Notes: generated by a model from the letters alone, not told the origin. A DNA stretch of 64,000 bases from Candidatus Nomurabacteria bacterium (GCA_963842815.1 CAWJHU010000001.1:179020-243019), one strand, 5' to 3'. Numbered from the stretch's first letter, positions 28,540-38,963 are shown. Translations and numbers: made by a program.

Positions 28540-28761
28540 GTGGAAAAAATGAAAGAAAGAATTCAAGGACTGCTAAACGGAGGAAACTTTACAGGAGCAG
28601 GGAGTTTGTTGTCGAGGGAAGGAGGAATTCTACCTCCAAATGTTTTTAATGATTTCAACAGAAGAATTAAAAACAATTCTATATGCTCCGGAGCAAGAGG
28701 AGGAAATGCTACCGGCAGTAGAACAATTCCCAGCAAAAGAGCACAGCAGGGAAGAAGATAA
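28540..28761 (+). CDS. Small Gly-rich basic protein (73 aa), GTG start with GGAGGG SD 7 nt upstream; followed by strong terminator
   Basis: SD 28527..28532. Terminator CCCCCACCAA...TTGGTGAGGG + T-run at ~28779..28815. Confidence 0.4.
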   Translation: MEKMKERIQGLLNGGNFTGAGSLLSREGGILPPNVFNDFNRRIKNNSICSGARGGNATGSRTIPSKRAQQGRR

Positions 28762-28825
28762 ATAATGTAAAATACAAAACCCCCACCAACTATTATTGGT
28801 GAGGGTTTTATTTTTTTATATTAGT

Positions 28826-29425
28826 TTAAGCTTTTGGCAGAGGGGCTTTTGATTTAGTGACTATTTCGTCAATAATGCCGTATTTTTTAGCTTCTTCTGC
28901 ATTCATAAAGAAATCTCTTTCCACGTCTTTTTCTATCTGAGCCAGAGGCTTGCCGGTATTTTTCGCCAAAATTTTATTTAAATTGTCTTTCGTTTTCAAA
29001 ATATGTTTAGCGGTGATGGCGATGTCCGTCGCTTGGCCTTCTACTCCGCCCAACGGCTGATGAATCATAATTTCCGCGTTTGGTAAAATAAATCTCTTTC
29101 CTTTTTTACCCGCGGACAAAATAATGGCTGCGCCGGAAGCGGCAACGCCTACGCAGAAAGTGGAAATGTCGGGGCGGACATGATTCATCGTGTCTACGAT
29201 GGCCAAGGTGGAAGTGACAGAACCGCCGGGAGAATTTATATAAAGAGAAATATCTTTTTTTGAATCTTCTGATTCTAAAAATAAAAGCTGGGCGATGACA
29301 ATGTTTGCCACGTTGTCGTCAATGGGTCCGGCCAGAAAAACAATTCTTTCCCGCAAAAGCCGGGAATAAATATCATAAGCTCGTTCGCCAAATTGTGATT
29401 TTTCAATAACGGTTGGAATTAACAT
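28826..29425 (-). CDS. clpP: ATP-dependent Clp protease proteolytic subunit
   Basis: [21 protein letters not shown]...INSPGGSVT...MIHQPLGG is the ClpP catalytic-triad context. Confidence 0.9.
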   Translation of the reverse strand: MLIPTVIEKSQFGERAYDIYSRLLRERIVFLAGPIDDNVANIVIAQLLFLESEDSKKDISLYINSPGGSVTSTLAIVDTMNHVRPDISTFCVGVAASGAAIILSAGKKGKRFILPNAEIMIHQPLGGVEGQATDIAITAKHILKTKDNLNKILAKNTGKPLAQIEKDVERDFFMNAEEAKKYGIIDEIVTKSKAPLPKA

Positions 29426-29442
29426 ATGGCTTTATTATAACA

Positions 29443-30537
29443 CTATTTTTGTTCTTCCAAAAACTTAAAGACGGCTTCGTTGGTGAGAACATTTTCGGCA
29501 TGCATAGTGGCTCGTTCGGGGTCGGCGTCTTTGTAATGTTCCAAAATATGAGCCACTTCGCTGGCCACTTGTTCTTTGTTTGCGGAAATTTTTTCCACTT
29601 CGGCAATTTTATTTAAAATAAGGGCAAGCTTGGCTTTCTTTTCGGCGTCGGTGCGGAACTCTTTTCTCAAATCCGGAACAGTTTTGTTAAGATGTTTTAG
29701 ATAATCCTCAAATTTCAAACCCATTTGGGTGATGTCGGATTCCATACGATATAAAATTTTATCCAATTCCACCTCAATCAAAATTTCCGGCAGTTCCACT
29801 TTCAGCTCATCAATTATTTTTTCCACGATTTTCAGTCTGGTTTTTTCTTTCAGTTGATTTTCTTTTTCCAGTTTTATATTTTCTTTCAGTTTTGTTTTGA
29901 AATCAGCCACATCTTTAAAGGGCCCCAGTGCTTGCACGAATTCGTCATTAAAATCAGGTAATTCAGGTTTCACCTCATCCCCCGCCTTCTCCGAAGGAGA
30001 AGGGGCCTCTCCCTTTTGGGGAGAGGTTTGGAGAGGAGTTGAATCTTTCACGTGAATTTTTGGCGCGCGTGATTTTCGGATATCCATAATGGTATCTTCC
30101 ACTTCTTTTTCCGTTACCTCCGTGTTTTTGTCCTTCTCTGCCAGTCCGGAAATTATTTTTTTGGCGATTTGCTTATAGTCGGGGAGTTTCATCTCCGGCA
30201 AGGTGGCGGTTTTGATTTTGAAACCGAGTGGATTTTTGCGAGCCAATTTAGTAATGGAAATTTCCGGACGGCTGATGGCGTCGATTTTATTTTCCTCCAA
30301 GATTTTCGGATAGTGTTCGCTCAAAGCAAGCTCAGCCATCTCTCCCAAAATTTGAGCCTCGGGAACTTTAGCCAGCAAAACATTTTCCGGAATTTTTCCT
30401 TTGCGAAAACCGTCTATTTCCAAATTCTCCCCGATTTTTTTCAGGGCTTTGTTGAAATATTTTTCAAAAACATCAGCTTCCAATTCTCCCTCAATTTCCA
30501 CTTCGCTTTTGGGCAGTTTGTTGATTTTTATTTGCAT
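29443..30537 (-). CDS. tig: Trigger factor (short form, 364 aa)
   Basis: N-terminal MQIKINKLPKSEVEIEGELEAD ribosome-binding domain and PPIase-like middle region. Confidence 0.7.
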   Translation of the reverse strand: MQIKINKLPKSEVEIEGELEADVFEKYFNKALKKIGENLEIDGFRKGKIPENVLLAKVPEAQILGEMAELALSEHYPKILEENKIDAISRPEISITKLARKNPLGFKIKTATLPEMKLPDYKQIAKKIISGLAEKDKNTEVTEKEVEDTIMDIRKSRAPKIHVKDSTPLQTSPQKGEAPSPSEKAGDEVKPELPDFNDEFVQALGPFKDVADFKTKLKENIKLEKENQLKEKTRLKIVEKIIDELKVELPEILIEVELDKILYRMESDITQMGLKFEDYLKHLNKTVPDLRKEFRTDAEKKAKLALILNKIAEVEKISANKEQVASEVAHILEHYKDADPERATMHAENVLTNEAVFKFLEEQK

Positions 30538-30600
30538 CCTCCTACTTTATACTAAAAAGTAATATTTTTCAAATATAATAAAAACTTTATTTTTCTATTT

Positions 30601-30768
30601 TTATTTAGCAGTTTGGTTTAGTGAATTAGAAGTTTGATTAACATTCTGGGTATTTTTCATTTCTTGTATTTTCATGAAAAATAGATAAATTCCGCCGATT
30701 ATCAGAATTATAATAATGACTATTGAGCCGAAAAGTGCGCCGTTTGATTTTTTCTCTTCTGGTTCCAT
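30601..30768 (-). CDS. Small single-TM protein (~55 aa from MEPEEKK...)
   Basis: TM FGSIVIIIILIIGGIYLFF. Extended -10 TGCTATAAT close upstream. Confidence 0.3.
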   Translation of the reverse strand: MEPEEKKSNGALFGSIVIIIILIIGGIYLFFMKIQEMKNTQNVNQTSNSLNQTAK

Positions 30769-30909
30769 AACCCAATCATTATAGCAAAAAGAATGCAATT
30801 AATAAAGGGTTATTGCTTTTTAATTTAAAATTGATATAGTCATTTACAGTCAATAAATTATAGAAAGTCGAAGATCTATAATCCTTTATTATTAATTTTT
30901 TAAAAATTT

Positions 30910-32940
30910 ATGTTATCAATTTCGTTTGTTATTTCTATTCTTGCTTTGCTTTTTGCCGGTTATCTGGTTTTTTGGATTAAAAAACAGGATATGGGAACAG
31001 CCAAAATGCAGGAAATATATGAGGCCATTAAAAAGGGGGCCAATGCATTTTTAAAAAGGCAATATAAGACAATTGGGATAATGGTGGTTATTTTAGCTTT
31101 AATACTTTTCGGAGTTTACGCTTTGAATGGCAAGCCGACTTCCGGCCTGCAAGTCAGCCTCGCTTTTATTTTGGGCGCTTTTTGTTCTTGTCTTTCCGGC
31201 CTTGTGGGAATGTGGATTTCTGTCCGCTCAAATATCCGCACAGCTTCCGCCGCTCAAACAAGTTTCAGTAAAGCTCTAACTATTGCCCTCCGCGCCGGAG
31301 CAGTTTCCGGCATTACCATCGTTTCCATGAGCTTAATTGGCATCACCGGACTTTATCATATTTATGGTCTCTTGGGTTATACAGCTATAGAAATTCCAGC
31401 TTTGCTCGTTGGTTTCGGATTCGGAGCCAGCTTAGTGGCTTTGTTTGCCCAGCTCGGTGGAGGAATTTATACCAAAGCGGCAGATGTCGGAGCGGACCTT
31501 GTCGGTAAAGTTGAAAAAAATATTCCGGAAGATGACCCGAGAAATCCGGCCGTTATCGCAGACTTGGTTGGAGATAATGTCGGAGATTGCGCTGGCCGTG
31601 GAGCGGACCTTTTTGAATCAACAGCCGCAGAAAATATCGGAGCGATGATTTTGGGTGTGGCCCTTTTCCCTCATTTTGGAATCAATGGAATTATTTTCCC
31701 GTTGGTCATCAGAGGCTTCGGATTATTGGCAGCTATGGTTGGAGTTTTATCAGCTAGGGCCAAAGAAACAGACGAACCATTGAAAGCTTTGAACAAAGGA
31801 TATTTCATAACCTGCGGTTTGGCCACTATCGCTTTTTATTTTGTAACTATGCACATGTTGGGCAATGTTTTATACTTTTTCGCCGGACTAGTCGGCATAG
31901 CAGCCAGCATTGCTTTCGTTTTTATCACTCAATATTATACGGAACACAAATATAGGCCGGTGCAATCAATTGCCAACGCTTCAAAAACCGGACACGCCAC
32001 AAATATAATTGCCGGACTTTCTGTCGGATTTGAATGCACTGCTGCTACGGTAATAACAATTTCCGCCGCTTTGCTTGGGTCATTTAAATTAGGAGCAATG
32101 ACCGGTTTTGTATCAGGCGGACTTTATGGAACAGCTGTTGCCACTATGGGAATGCTGGCTACCGCCGCTTATGTTTTAGCTATGGATACATTCGGACCGA
32201 TTACCGACAACGCCGGAGGAATTGTTGAAATGTCCGGAGCTTCGGAACAGGTGCGCGCAAGAACAGACAAACTTGATGCTGCCGGAAATACAACCAAAGC
32301 TTTGACCAAAGGTTATGCCATGGGAAGCGCCGCGCTGGCTGCCTTTTTGCTTTTCTCCGCATATTTACAGGAAGCGGGAATCACAACTGTGGATTTGGCA
32401 AAAGTGGAAGTCTTCGTGGCCGCTTTGATAGGAGCAATGTTAATCTTTTTCTTTTCCGGTTTAACTATGAGAGCGGTAGGAAAAGCAGCCGGAAAAATTG
32501 TGGAAGAAGTCAGACGCCAATTCAAAGCTGACCCTGGGCTAATGGCCGGAACCAGCAAGCCGGATTATGCAGCTTGCGTGGATATCACCACCAAAGCAGC
32601 TTTGCGAGAAATGGTTTTGCCGGGAGTGCTTGCCGTGCTGGTCCCAATACTCGTTGGAGTCACCATGAAAGCCGAAGCGGAAGCCGGGCTGATTATGGTT
32701 GGCACCATTGCCGGAATTCTATTGGCTACTCTGATGAACAATGCCGGAGGAGCTTGGGATAATGCCAAGAAATATATTGAAATGGGAAATTTGGGCGGCA
32801 AAGGCAGTGATGCGCACAAGGCAGCTGTTACCGGCGACACCGTCGGCGACCCATTCAAAGATACAGCCGGTCCATCGCTTCACGTATTGGTAAAATTGCT
32901 TGGAACTCTTTCTCTCGCCCTAGTTGCGTTGTTTATGTAG
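30910..32940 (+). CDS. hppA: Membrane-bound proton/sodium-translocating pyrophosphatase
   Basis: 676 aa, ~16 TM, with the DxxGDNVGD and GDTxGD motifs (VIADLVGDNVGDCAGRGADLFES ... VTGDTVGDPFKDTAGPS). Confidence 0.9.
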   Translation: MLSISFVISILALLFAGYLVFWIKKQDMGTAKMQEIYEAIKKGANAFLKRQYKTIGIMVVILALILFGVYALNGKPTSGLQVSLAFILGAFCSCLSGLVGMWISVRSNIRTASAAQTSFSKALTIALRAGAVSGITIVSMSLIGITGLYHIYGLLGYTAIEIPALLVGFGFGASLVALFAQLGGGIYTKAADVGADLVGKVEKNIPEDDPRNPAVIADLVGDNVGDCAGRGADLFESTAAENIGAMILGVALFPHFGINGIIFPLVIRGFGLLAAMVGVLSARAKETDEPLKALNKGYFITCGLATIAFYFVTMHMLGNVLYFFAGLVGIAASIAFVFITQYYTEHKYRPVQSIANASKTGHATNIIAGLSVGFECTAATVITISAALLGSFKLGAMTGFVSGGLYGTAVATMGMLATAAYVLAMDTFGPITDNAGGIVEMSGASEQVRARTDKLDAAGNTTKALTKGYAMGSAALAAFLLFSAYLQEAGITTVDLAKVEVFVAALIGAMLIFFFSGLTMRAVGKAAGKIVEEVRRQFKADPGLMAGTSKPDYAACVDITTKAALREMVLPGVLAVLVPILVGVTMKAEAEAGLIMVGTIAGILLATLMNNAGGAWDNAKKYIEMGNLGGKGSDAHKAAVTGDTVGDPFKDTAGPSLHVLVKLLGTLSLALVALFM

Positions 32941-33041
32941 GAGTTTTTAAAAGTGGAGCAAACATATTGACTTATTATAATATATTATGTATTATATAAA
33001 GTAAATAATGTTGTTTAATAATTTAATAAGGAGATCTTAAT

Positions 33042-33494
33042 ATGATTAATAGTGAAAAAGAGTTAAAAAGTAAAGAGGCTGATTTCGAATTAATACATTT
33101 GACTCAGACAGTACACTCTGTGCATGATGTTCAAATGGCCTGCAAGTGTGAAGCATCAGAGGTAATAAAAACCTTAATCTTTATTGGAAATAATCCAATC
33201 GTTGTGGTTTTGCCTGGAGATAAAAGGGCAAACATTGCAAAGATTGAAGAATTCACCGGAGAACGAGGTTTGCGAATGGCTAAACCAGCAGAAGTGCTAG
33301 CGCTAACTGGTTACGGAGTAGGATCAGTATCACCGTTTGGAATTAATCCTACAATCAAACAAATTGCAGATAATTCTATACTTACACTTTCATCTCTGTT
33401 TCTTGGAAGTGGAAAAAGTGATGTTCTTATAAAAATTAGCCAGACTGAATTTAGTAAGTCATTTCGAGGTACTTTTGCATCGATCTCAGACTAA
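33042..33494 (+). CDS. ybaK: YbaK/ProX-type aminoacyl-tRNA deacylase (trans-editing domain)
   Basis: TLIFIGNNPIVVVLPGDKRANIAKIE...TGYGVGSVSPFG matches the YbaK family. Confidence 0.65.
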   Translation: MINSEKELKSKEADFELIHLTQTVHSVHDVQMACKCEASEVIKTLIFIGNNPIVVVLPGDKRANIAKIEEFTGERGLRMAKPAEVLALTGYGVGSVSPFGINPTIKQIADNSILTLSSLFLGSGKSDVLIKISQTEFSKSFRGTFASISD

Positions 33495-33520
33495 AACAAT
33501 CAATATCTAGAAAGGAGATA

Positions 33521-33781
33521 TTAAATGAAAATCTTGTTTATAAACACAGCAGATACTTCTCGGCATGTTTCGATAGCATAAATTGTTTCTGTAACTACGC
33601 CCTCAATAACATTTTCAACTGCTACTACCCCATACTCAACCTCTTCTTCGTCAGTTGCCTGACAAATTTCAGTATGATTAGGGTAAGGGATAAATTCAAC
33701 ACCTTCTTTTCCACTGAAAAACTTTTCAGCAGCCATAAAACCGAAGGTGGTTTTTCCGGGTCCTAAATAACCTATTTTCAT
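33521..33781 (-). CDS. Prephenate dehydratase N-terminal domain-like small protein (86 aa; truncated pheA relic or stand-alone domain)
   Basis: MKIGYLGPGKTTFGFMAAEKFF...GVVAVENVIEGVVTETIYAI matches the PDT N-terminal region. There is no room for the rest of PDT. It has its own AAGGAG SD. Confidence 0.4.
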   Translation of the reverse strand: MKIGYLGPGKTTFGFMAAEKFFSGKEGVEFIPYPNHTEICQATDEEEVEYGVVAVENVIEGVVTETIYAIETCREVSAVFINKIFI

Positions 33782-33792
33782 AAGAATCTCCT

Positions 33793-35025
33793 TTATTCCA
33801 CTTTCACTCGATGGTGTTGTTTTTTCCCATGGCGAATCATACAGACGCCACCAGAAAAAGAGCTTTCATTTATCACCGCATTAATTGTAGTGATTTTTTT
33901 GTCATTGACATATGCTCCGCCTTGTTCAATCAATCTTCGAGCAGCATTTTTTGAAGGCGCAAGCTTGATTTCAACAAGCAAATCAGCTACAGGAATTCCT
34001 GCACTGACTCTTTCTTTACTAACCGTTGTAGTTGGAAGTCCTGCGTCATCTCCTGTTTCCTGAGAAAAAGTAGCTCTGGCAGTTTTTTGGGCTTTTTTCG
34101 CTTCTTCTTCACCATGGCAAAGAAGGGTCGTTTCAAAAGCAAGCTTTTCTTTTGCTTGGCGAATAGCGGCACCCTCAAGTCGTCCGAGCTCTTTAATTTC
34201 TTCTGTCGGAAGGAAGGTAAATAACAACAGAAATCGAACAACATCGCGGTCATCGCAGTTAATCCAATACTGATAGAAATCATACGGGGAGGTTTTATTG
34301 GCATCAAGCCAAATTGCCCCGGCTTCAGTTTTACCCATCTTCTGGCCTCTGGCGGTTGTAATAAGCGGGAAGGTTAAAGCAAAAACTGCTTGCCTTCTCA
34401 TTTTTTTTGCAAGATCAACACCAGCGAGAATATTTCCCCACTGGTCGTCGCCTCCCATTTGTAATATACAACCGTAGCGGTCAAATAAAACGAGAAAATC
34501 ATAGGCTTGCAAAAGCTGATAATTGAATTCAATGAATGAGAGTCCTTGTTCTTGTTCAAGACGTTTTCTATAACCCTCATTTTTAATCATCTCATTGACT
34601 TTGAAATATTTACCAACGTCCCTGAGAAATTCAATGTAATTGAGTCCGACAATCCAGTCGGCATTATCAACCAACAAGCCCTTCTCGCCATCCAGGGTAA
34701 GATAGCGGTTAAACTGTAAAGATAATTTAGCCATATTGCTGGCAACATCTTCCCGAGAAAGTATTTTTCTTAATTCTGTCTTTCCGCTAGGGTCTCCAAT
34801 CAAACCAGTGCCACCACCAATAATTGCTATTGGTTTGTGGCCGAGTCGTTGAAGGTGAGCCATTGCCATAATAGGCACCAAGCTACCAACGTGGAAGCTT
34901 TCAGCTGTTGGGTCAAACCCAACATAGTAAGTAATTTTGGATTTAGAAAACAAATCGCTCAAACCTTTTTCGTCTGAACATTGTTGCATAAATCCTCTTT
35001 CCTTGAGAATCTCCAATGTGTTCAT
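33793..35025 (-). CDS. tyrS: Tyrosine--tRNA ligase
   Basis: YVGFDPTAESFHVGSLVPI (HIGH region), KMGKT (KMSKS) and a C-terminal S4 domain. Confidence 0.9.
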   Translation of the reverse strand: MNTLEILKERGFMQQCSDEKGLSDLFSKSKITYYVGFDPTAESFHVGSLVPIMAMAHLQRLGHKPIAIIGGGTGLIGDPSGKTELRKILSREDVASNMAKLSLQFNRYLTLDGEKGLLVDNADWIVGLNYIEFLRDVGKYFKVNEMIKNEGYRKRLEQEQGLSFIEFNYQLLQAYDFLVLFDRYGCILQMGGDDQWGNILAGVDLAKKMRRQAVFALTFPLITTARGQKMGKTEAGAIWLDANKTSPYDFYQYWINCDDRDVVRFLLLFTFLPTEEIKELGRLEGAAIRQAKEKLAFETTLLCHGEEEAKKAQKTARATFSQETGDDAGLPTTTVSKERVSAGIPVADLLVEIKLAPSKNAARRLIEQGGAYVNDKKITTINAVINESSFSGGVCMIRHGKKQHHRVKVE

Positions 35026-35290
35026 ATAATCTCCTTTATACTACATTGTTTGTGAAAAGTAAATCATTTATTAGGTTTTTTCGTTGCATTCTCTATATTA
35101 TTGTCAACGAACATACACAAATTTTATTCTACTTAAAAAATCAAGATTGTCAAGTTTTGCGAGTAACGTGCACACATACGGCGGTTTCTTCTATAATAAA
35201 AAATAAGCATATATGTGATTACAACAATCAAAGAAAATGGAGATTTACCTATTTTGAGTATAAAATTTTAATAAATGATATACTTTTTAT

Positions 35291-35851
35291 ATGGCAAATA
35301 ATTTAATTGAGGTTGAAATAAAATTTCAGATACAGGATTTATCTATTTTGGAGGAAAAAATTAAAACTGTTGGAGGCAGAGAACTATTTAAGAATGTTTT
35401 TCAAAAAACAATTAGAATGGACACTTCAGAAGAATCATTGAAAAAGAAAGGAATATTTTTGCGTGTGCGTGATGGGGAAAAGAAAATAATTACCGTAAAA
35501 TCTAAATTGCCAAATTCTGATGAAAATTATAAAGAACGACAAGAATTGGAAATTGAAGTCAGTGATATTGAACTGGCGGGAAAAATTTTAGTTGCTCTTG
35601 GTTTTACTTATAAAAGAATTATGGAAAAATACAGAACGGAATATAAATTATCAGGAACGATATTAACCTTGGATCGTTTGCCTTTTGGAAACTATTTGGA
35701 GATTGAAGGAGAAAAGGATGCAATAGAAAAGGTAATTAAAATATTGGGGTTAGAAAAAGAAACAAGATTAGTCCACAACTATTGGCACTTGTTTGAGGAT
35801 TATAAAAAAGCTAATAATTTGACCGGGGAAAATATAGTTTTTAATAAATAA
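35291..35851 (+). CDS. CYTH-domain protein (class IV adenylate cyclase / triphosphate tunnel metalloenzyme family)
   Basis: EVEIKFQI...ExE signature of the CYTH fold. Confidence 0.6.
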   Translation: MANNLIEVEIKFQIQDLSILEEKIKTVGGRELFKNVFQKTIRMDTSEESLKKKGIFLRVRDGEKKIITVKSKLPNSDENYKERQELEIEVSDIELAGKILVALGFTYKRIMEKYRTEYKLSGTILTLDRLPFGNYLEIEGEKDAIEKVIKILGLEKETRLVHNYWHLFEDYKKANNLTGENIVFNK

Positions 35852-35863
35852 AAAATATCTTCT

Positions 35864-37024
35864 TTATTCCTCTTTCACTTCCACTTTGTCGCCGTCGGTG
35901 GAAGCGACTGCTTTGCCATCGCCTTTGATGTCTATTCTCCAACCGGTGAGCTTGGCGGCGAGACGCACATTTTGTCCGCCCTTGCCGATAGCCAGAGAGA
36001 GCTGGTCGTCAGCGACTTCTATCACCGCTTTATGTTCTTTTTCATCCAGTTCTATGGAAATGACTTTGGCTGGGGAAAGGGAATTAGAAACAAATTGTTT
36101 TGGGTCTTCGGACCAAGGAATGATATCTATCTTTTCGCCCAAAAGTTCTTGAGTAATGGTATTGACCCGAGTGCCTTTTTGCCCGACACAAGAACCGACT
36201 GGGTCAATGTGTTCATCGTTGGAATGTACGGCTATTTTGGAACGGGCGCCCGCTTCGCGCGCTACTGATTTTATTTCCACCGTTCCATTTTCCACTTCCG
36301 GCGCTTCCATGGCAAAAAGTTTTTCTATAAATTTAGGATGAGTGCGGGAAAGGCGGAGGTTGATGCCTCTAGGCGAATCTTCCACCGAATATAAATAAGC
36401 TCGCACCCGCTGGCCTCTCTGGAAAAATTCTCCCGGAATCTGTTCTTCGGCAGGCAAAATGCCCGTGGCGCGATTGAAATCCACATAAACATTTCCTCTT
36501 TCTATTTTCTGCACGAGGCCGGAAACTATTTCTCCTTCTTTGGTGCCATATTCGTCAAGGACGGAAGTGCGTTCAGCTTCGCGGATTCTCTGAATGATGA
36601 CCTGCTTGGCGGTCTGGGCGGCGATGCGTCCATAATCTTCTTTGGCTTCCAATGGGAAAACAACTTCATCGTTCAATTGCACACCTTTTTTTATTTTTTT
36701 TGCGTCTTCCAGCATAATATGATGCTCGCTGTTGAAGCGAACGCGTTCATCGCCTTCTTCTTTGACCGAATATTCTTCCTCCGCATCATTTCCTTCATCC
36801 ATTCTGGCGATAGTATCGTCCACCACTATTTTTATTTGAAAAAAGTCTGTCTTGCCGGTTTCCAAATCAAACTTAGCGCGAATGATTTGTCCTTTCTTGC
36901 CGTAATCTTTTTTATAGGCGGCGGCCATGGCCTGCTCTATGGCATCCAGTATTTTTTCTTTTGGAATTTTCTTTTCTTCCTCCAACTGCTCCAATGCCGA
37001 CTTGAATGTTTTTATATCTAACAT
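35864..37024 (-). CDS. nusA: Transcription termination/antitermination factor NusA
   Basis: N-terminal domain, S1, tandem KH (IGKGGQNVRLAAKLTGWRIDIK). Confidence 0.85.
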   Translation of the reverse strand: MLDIKTFKSALEQLEEEKKIPKEKILDAIEQAMAAAYKKDYGKKGQIIRAKFDLETGKTDFFQIKIVVDDTIARMDEGNDAEEEYSVKEEGDERVRFNSEHHIMLEDAKKIKKGVQLNDEVVFPLEAKEDYGRIAAQTAKQVIIQRIREAERTSVLDEYGTKEGEIVSGLVQKIERGNVYVDFNRATGILPAEEQIPGEFFQRGQRVRAYLYSVEDSPRGINLRLSRTHPKFIEKLFAMEAPEVENGTVEIKSVAREAGARSKIAVHSNDEHIDPVGSCVGQKGTRVNTITQELLGEKIDIIPWSEDPKQFVSNSLSPAKVISIELDEKEHKAVIEVADDQLSLAIGKGGQNVRLAAKLTGWRIDIKGDGKAVASTDGDKVEVKEE

Positions 37025-37169
37025 AGCTGATTTATAGTGAGCTAAGCGAACATATAAATCGCTACCCTGTAAAACAAAAATCATTTTGATTTTTCCTTGC
37101 CTTTGGCAAGGGTTTTACTGGGGTTTTAAAATTATACTCGTTTCACTCGTTAATTTAATAAACAAATCA

Positions 37170-37448
37170 TTACCCTGTTAAATACGATTTGAGCCTATTT
37201 CTTAAAAACTGTTTACCTAAATATGTTTTTAAATATTTTTCACGATGCATTGCATCATGTTTATTTAAACAAACTTCAGAATAAATCAATTCTAAGGGTC
37301 GGCGTTGTTTAGTAGAACTTACTTGACCATTACAATGTTGCTCAAATCGTGATTTCAAATCTTCTGTATATCCGACATAGAAATCCTTATCTTTATCAGA
37401 CCTTAGAACATATATGTAGTAAAACTTTTTTACTTGATTTGAAATCAT
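37170..37448 (-). CDS. GIY-YIG nuclease-domain protein (92 aa)
   Basis: YIYVLRSDKDKDFYVGYTEDLKSRFEQH matches the GIY-YIG motif. The ORF is bounded by the short inverted repeat CCCTGTTAA / TTAACAGGG. Confidence 0.7.
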   Translation of the reverse strand: MISNQVKKFYYIYVLRSDKDKDFYVGYTEDLKSRFEQHCNGQVSSTKQRRPLELIYSEVCLNKHDAMHREKYLKTYLGKQFLRNRLKSYLTG

Positions 37449-37743
37449 TTAACAGGGTTAATAAAATTATATTCACTCCGTTCATTAATTTTAATTAAAA
37501 AGCCCTGTTGCGACAGGACTTGTACAATGCATAGATTAGCATAATGTGTGGTTAAATGCAAGGCATCATAAACCCCCTCCCAGCCTCTCCCTTATCAGGG
37601 CGAAGAGAAGGAAAGAAAAAATTCCCCCTGACAAAAGGGTTAGGGGTTATACCCCATAATATAAAGCTAGAATGGAGCTCAGGGATAAAAGAAGCCAGGG
37701 TGTTTTAGGTTGCAATTTTTTTAATTAATAGTAAAGTATATTT

Positions 37744-38418
37744 ATGGATTCTCTCAAGAAAGTAATCGTATTGTTTTCCGGAGGAAAAGATTCTTCGGCT
37801 GCTGTTGTTGAAATGATACGTGCTGGATATAGAATTAAGTTATTTACCTATTCAGAATTTCCAGGATTAGTTGGTCCAAATGGCGATTCCCCCTCTAGTA
37901 TTAGGTATAAAGAATTGCTAAATTCTTTTCCGCAATATATTGACACTGATCGGGTAATTAGAATAAATTCGTATCTAGTTAGAAAATTAGCAATAGAAAA
38001 AACAAACAGCACTCACATAGTTTATCCAATAGCACTTGCGCTTGCAATACACGTAGATGCAATTTTATATTGCTTAGAGAACGATATTTATGATATTGCT
38101 TCTGGAAATTCTGGATATCAAGCAAAAGAGGATAGATATATTGAACAACAAAGCAACTTCTGTGAACTTATGAGAGCTTTTTTAGCGGAATATGGCATTA
38201 CATACCATACACCAGTCATAAAAAAATCAAAAAAAGAAATAATGGATATTTTGGAACAATGTAGCATTAGTTCAAACTCGCTTGAAGGTAAATCTGTATT
38301 CGGTGCTGTCCCATTTGAAGTAGATAAAGCATTGGATTTTTGGGAAGAATCTATTCCTATATGTAGAAAATATATTGCAAACTTTAGTCATATAGAAAAA
38401 AAAGAAAAAAATAATTAG
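37744..38418 (+). CDS. PP-loop (N-type ATP pyrophosphatase) superfamily protein, QueC/ExsB-like but lacking C-terminal Zn cluster
   Basis: VIVLFSGGKDSSAAVV carries the SGGxDS PP-loop. 224 aa. Confidence 0.55.
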   Translation: MDSLKKVIVLFSGGKDSSAAVVEMIRAGYRIKLFTYSEFPGLVGPNGDSPSSIRYKELLNSFPQYIDTDRVIRINSYLVRKLAIEKTNSTHIVYPIALALAIHVDAILYCLENDIYDIASGNSGYQAKEDRYIEQQSNFCELMRAFLAEYGITYHTPVIKKSKKEIMDILEQCSISSNSLEGKSVFGAVPFEVDKALDFWEESIPICRKYIANFSHIEKKEKNN

Positions 38419-38420
38419 AA

Positions 38421-38882
38421 ATGATGATTTCAGAAAAAAATTATTTAGTTATAAGCAAGAAATTATTAGATACTGCGCGCAAAGATGGCATAGAGCGAAA
38501 ATCAGTAAAACTTGTAATAAAGAAAAAAAATACTGTGCTTATGTTAAAGCGAGCAAAAAATGACCACTTCCCGGATTTATACGAGTTGCCTGGAGGTAGT
38601 CTTAATGAAAATGAAGATATTTTTACAGGAGCTAAAAGAGAACTATACGAAGAAACGGGGTTTCTAATACAAGATTTTATTTCTCAGCTTAAAAACATTG
38701 ATTTTAATTCAATCTCTAACCAAAAAAAATGTCGCCAATATACATTTATTGTTTTACCTATTGGAAAAGACATAATTTTAAATCCAAATGAACATAGTGA
38801 ATATAAATGGGTATCTAGCGCCGAACTGGAAAATTTATATATATTTCCTAAAATTAGAATAATGATTAAAAAAATTCTTTGA
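38421..38882 (+). CDS. NUDIX hydrolase
   Basis: Nudix box GGSLNENEDIFTGAKRELYEETGF (GX5EX7REUXEEXGU). The start is 3 nt after the upstream gene. Confidence 0.75.
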   Translation: MMISEKNYLVISKKLLDTARKDGIERKSVKLVIKKKNTVLMLKRAKNDHFPDLYELPGGSLNENEDIFTGAKRELYEETGFLIQDFISQLKNIDFNSISNQKKCRQYTFIVLPIGKDIILNPNEHSEYKWVSSAELENLYIFPKIRIMIKKIL

Positions 38883-38963
38883 AAATAAATTGCTATTGCA
38901 ATTAATTATAGCAGTCATATAAAAAAGAAAACCTGTGACAGAGTGTTGCATATGCCACAGGTC

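Noticed and set aside
35026-35290. Possible T-box leader for tyrS
   Set aside because: I searched the 265-bp tyrS upstream region for the T-box consensus (AATTAGGGTGGNACCGCG, reverse-complemented on plus) and did not find it. The region more likely holds divergent promoters only.
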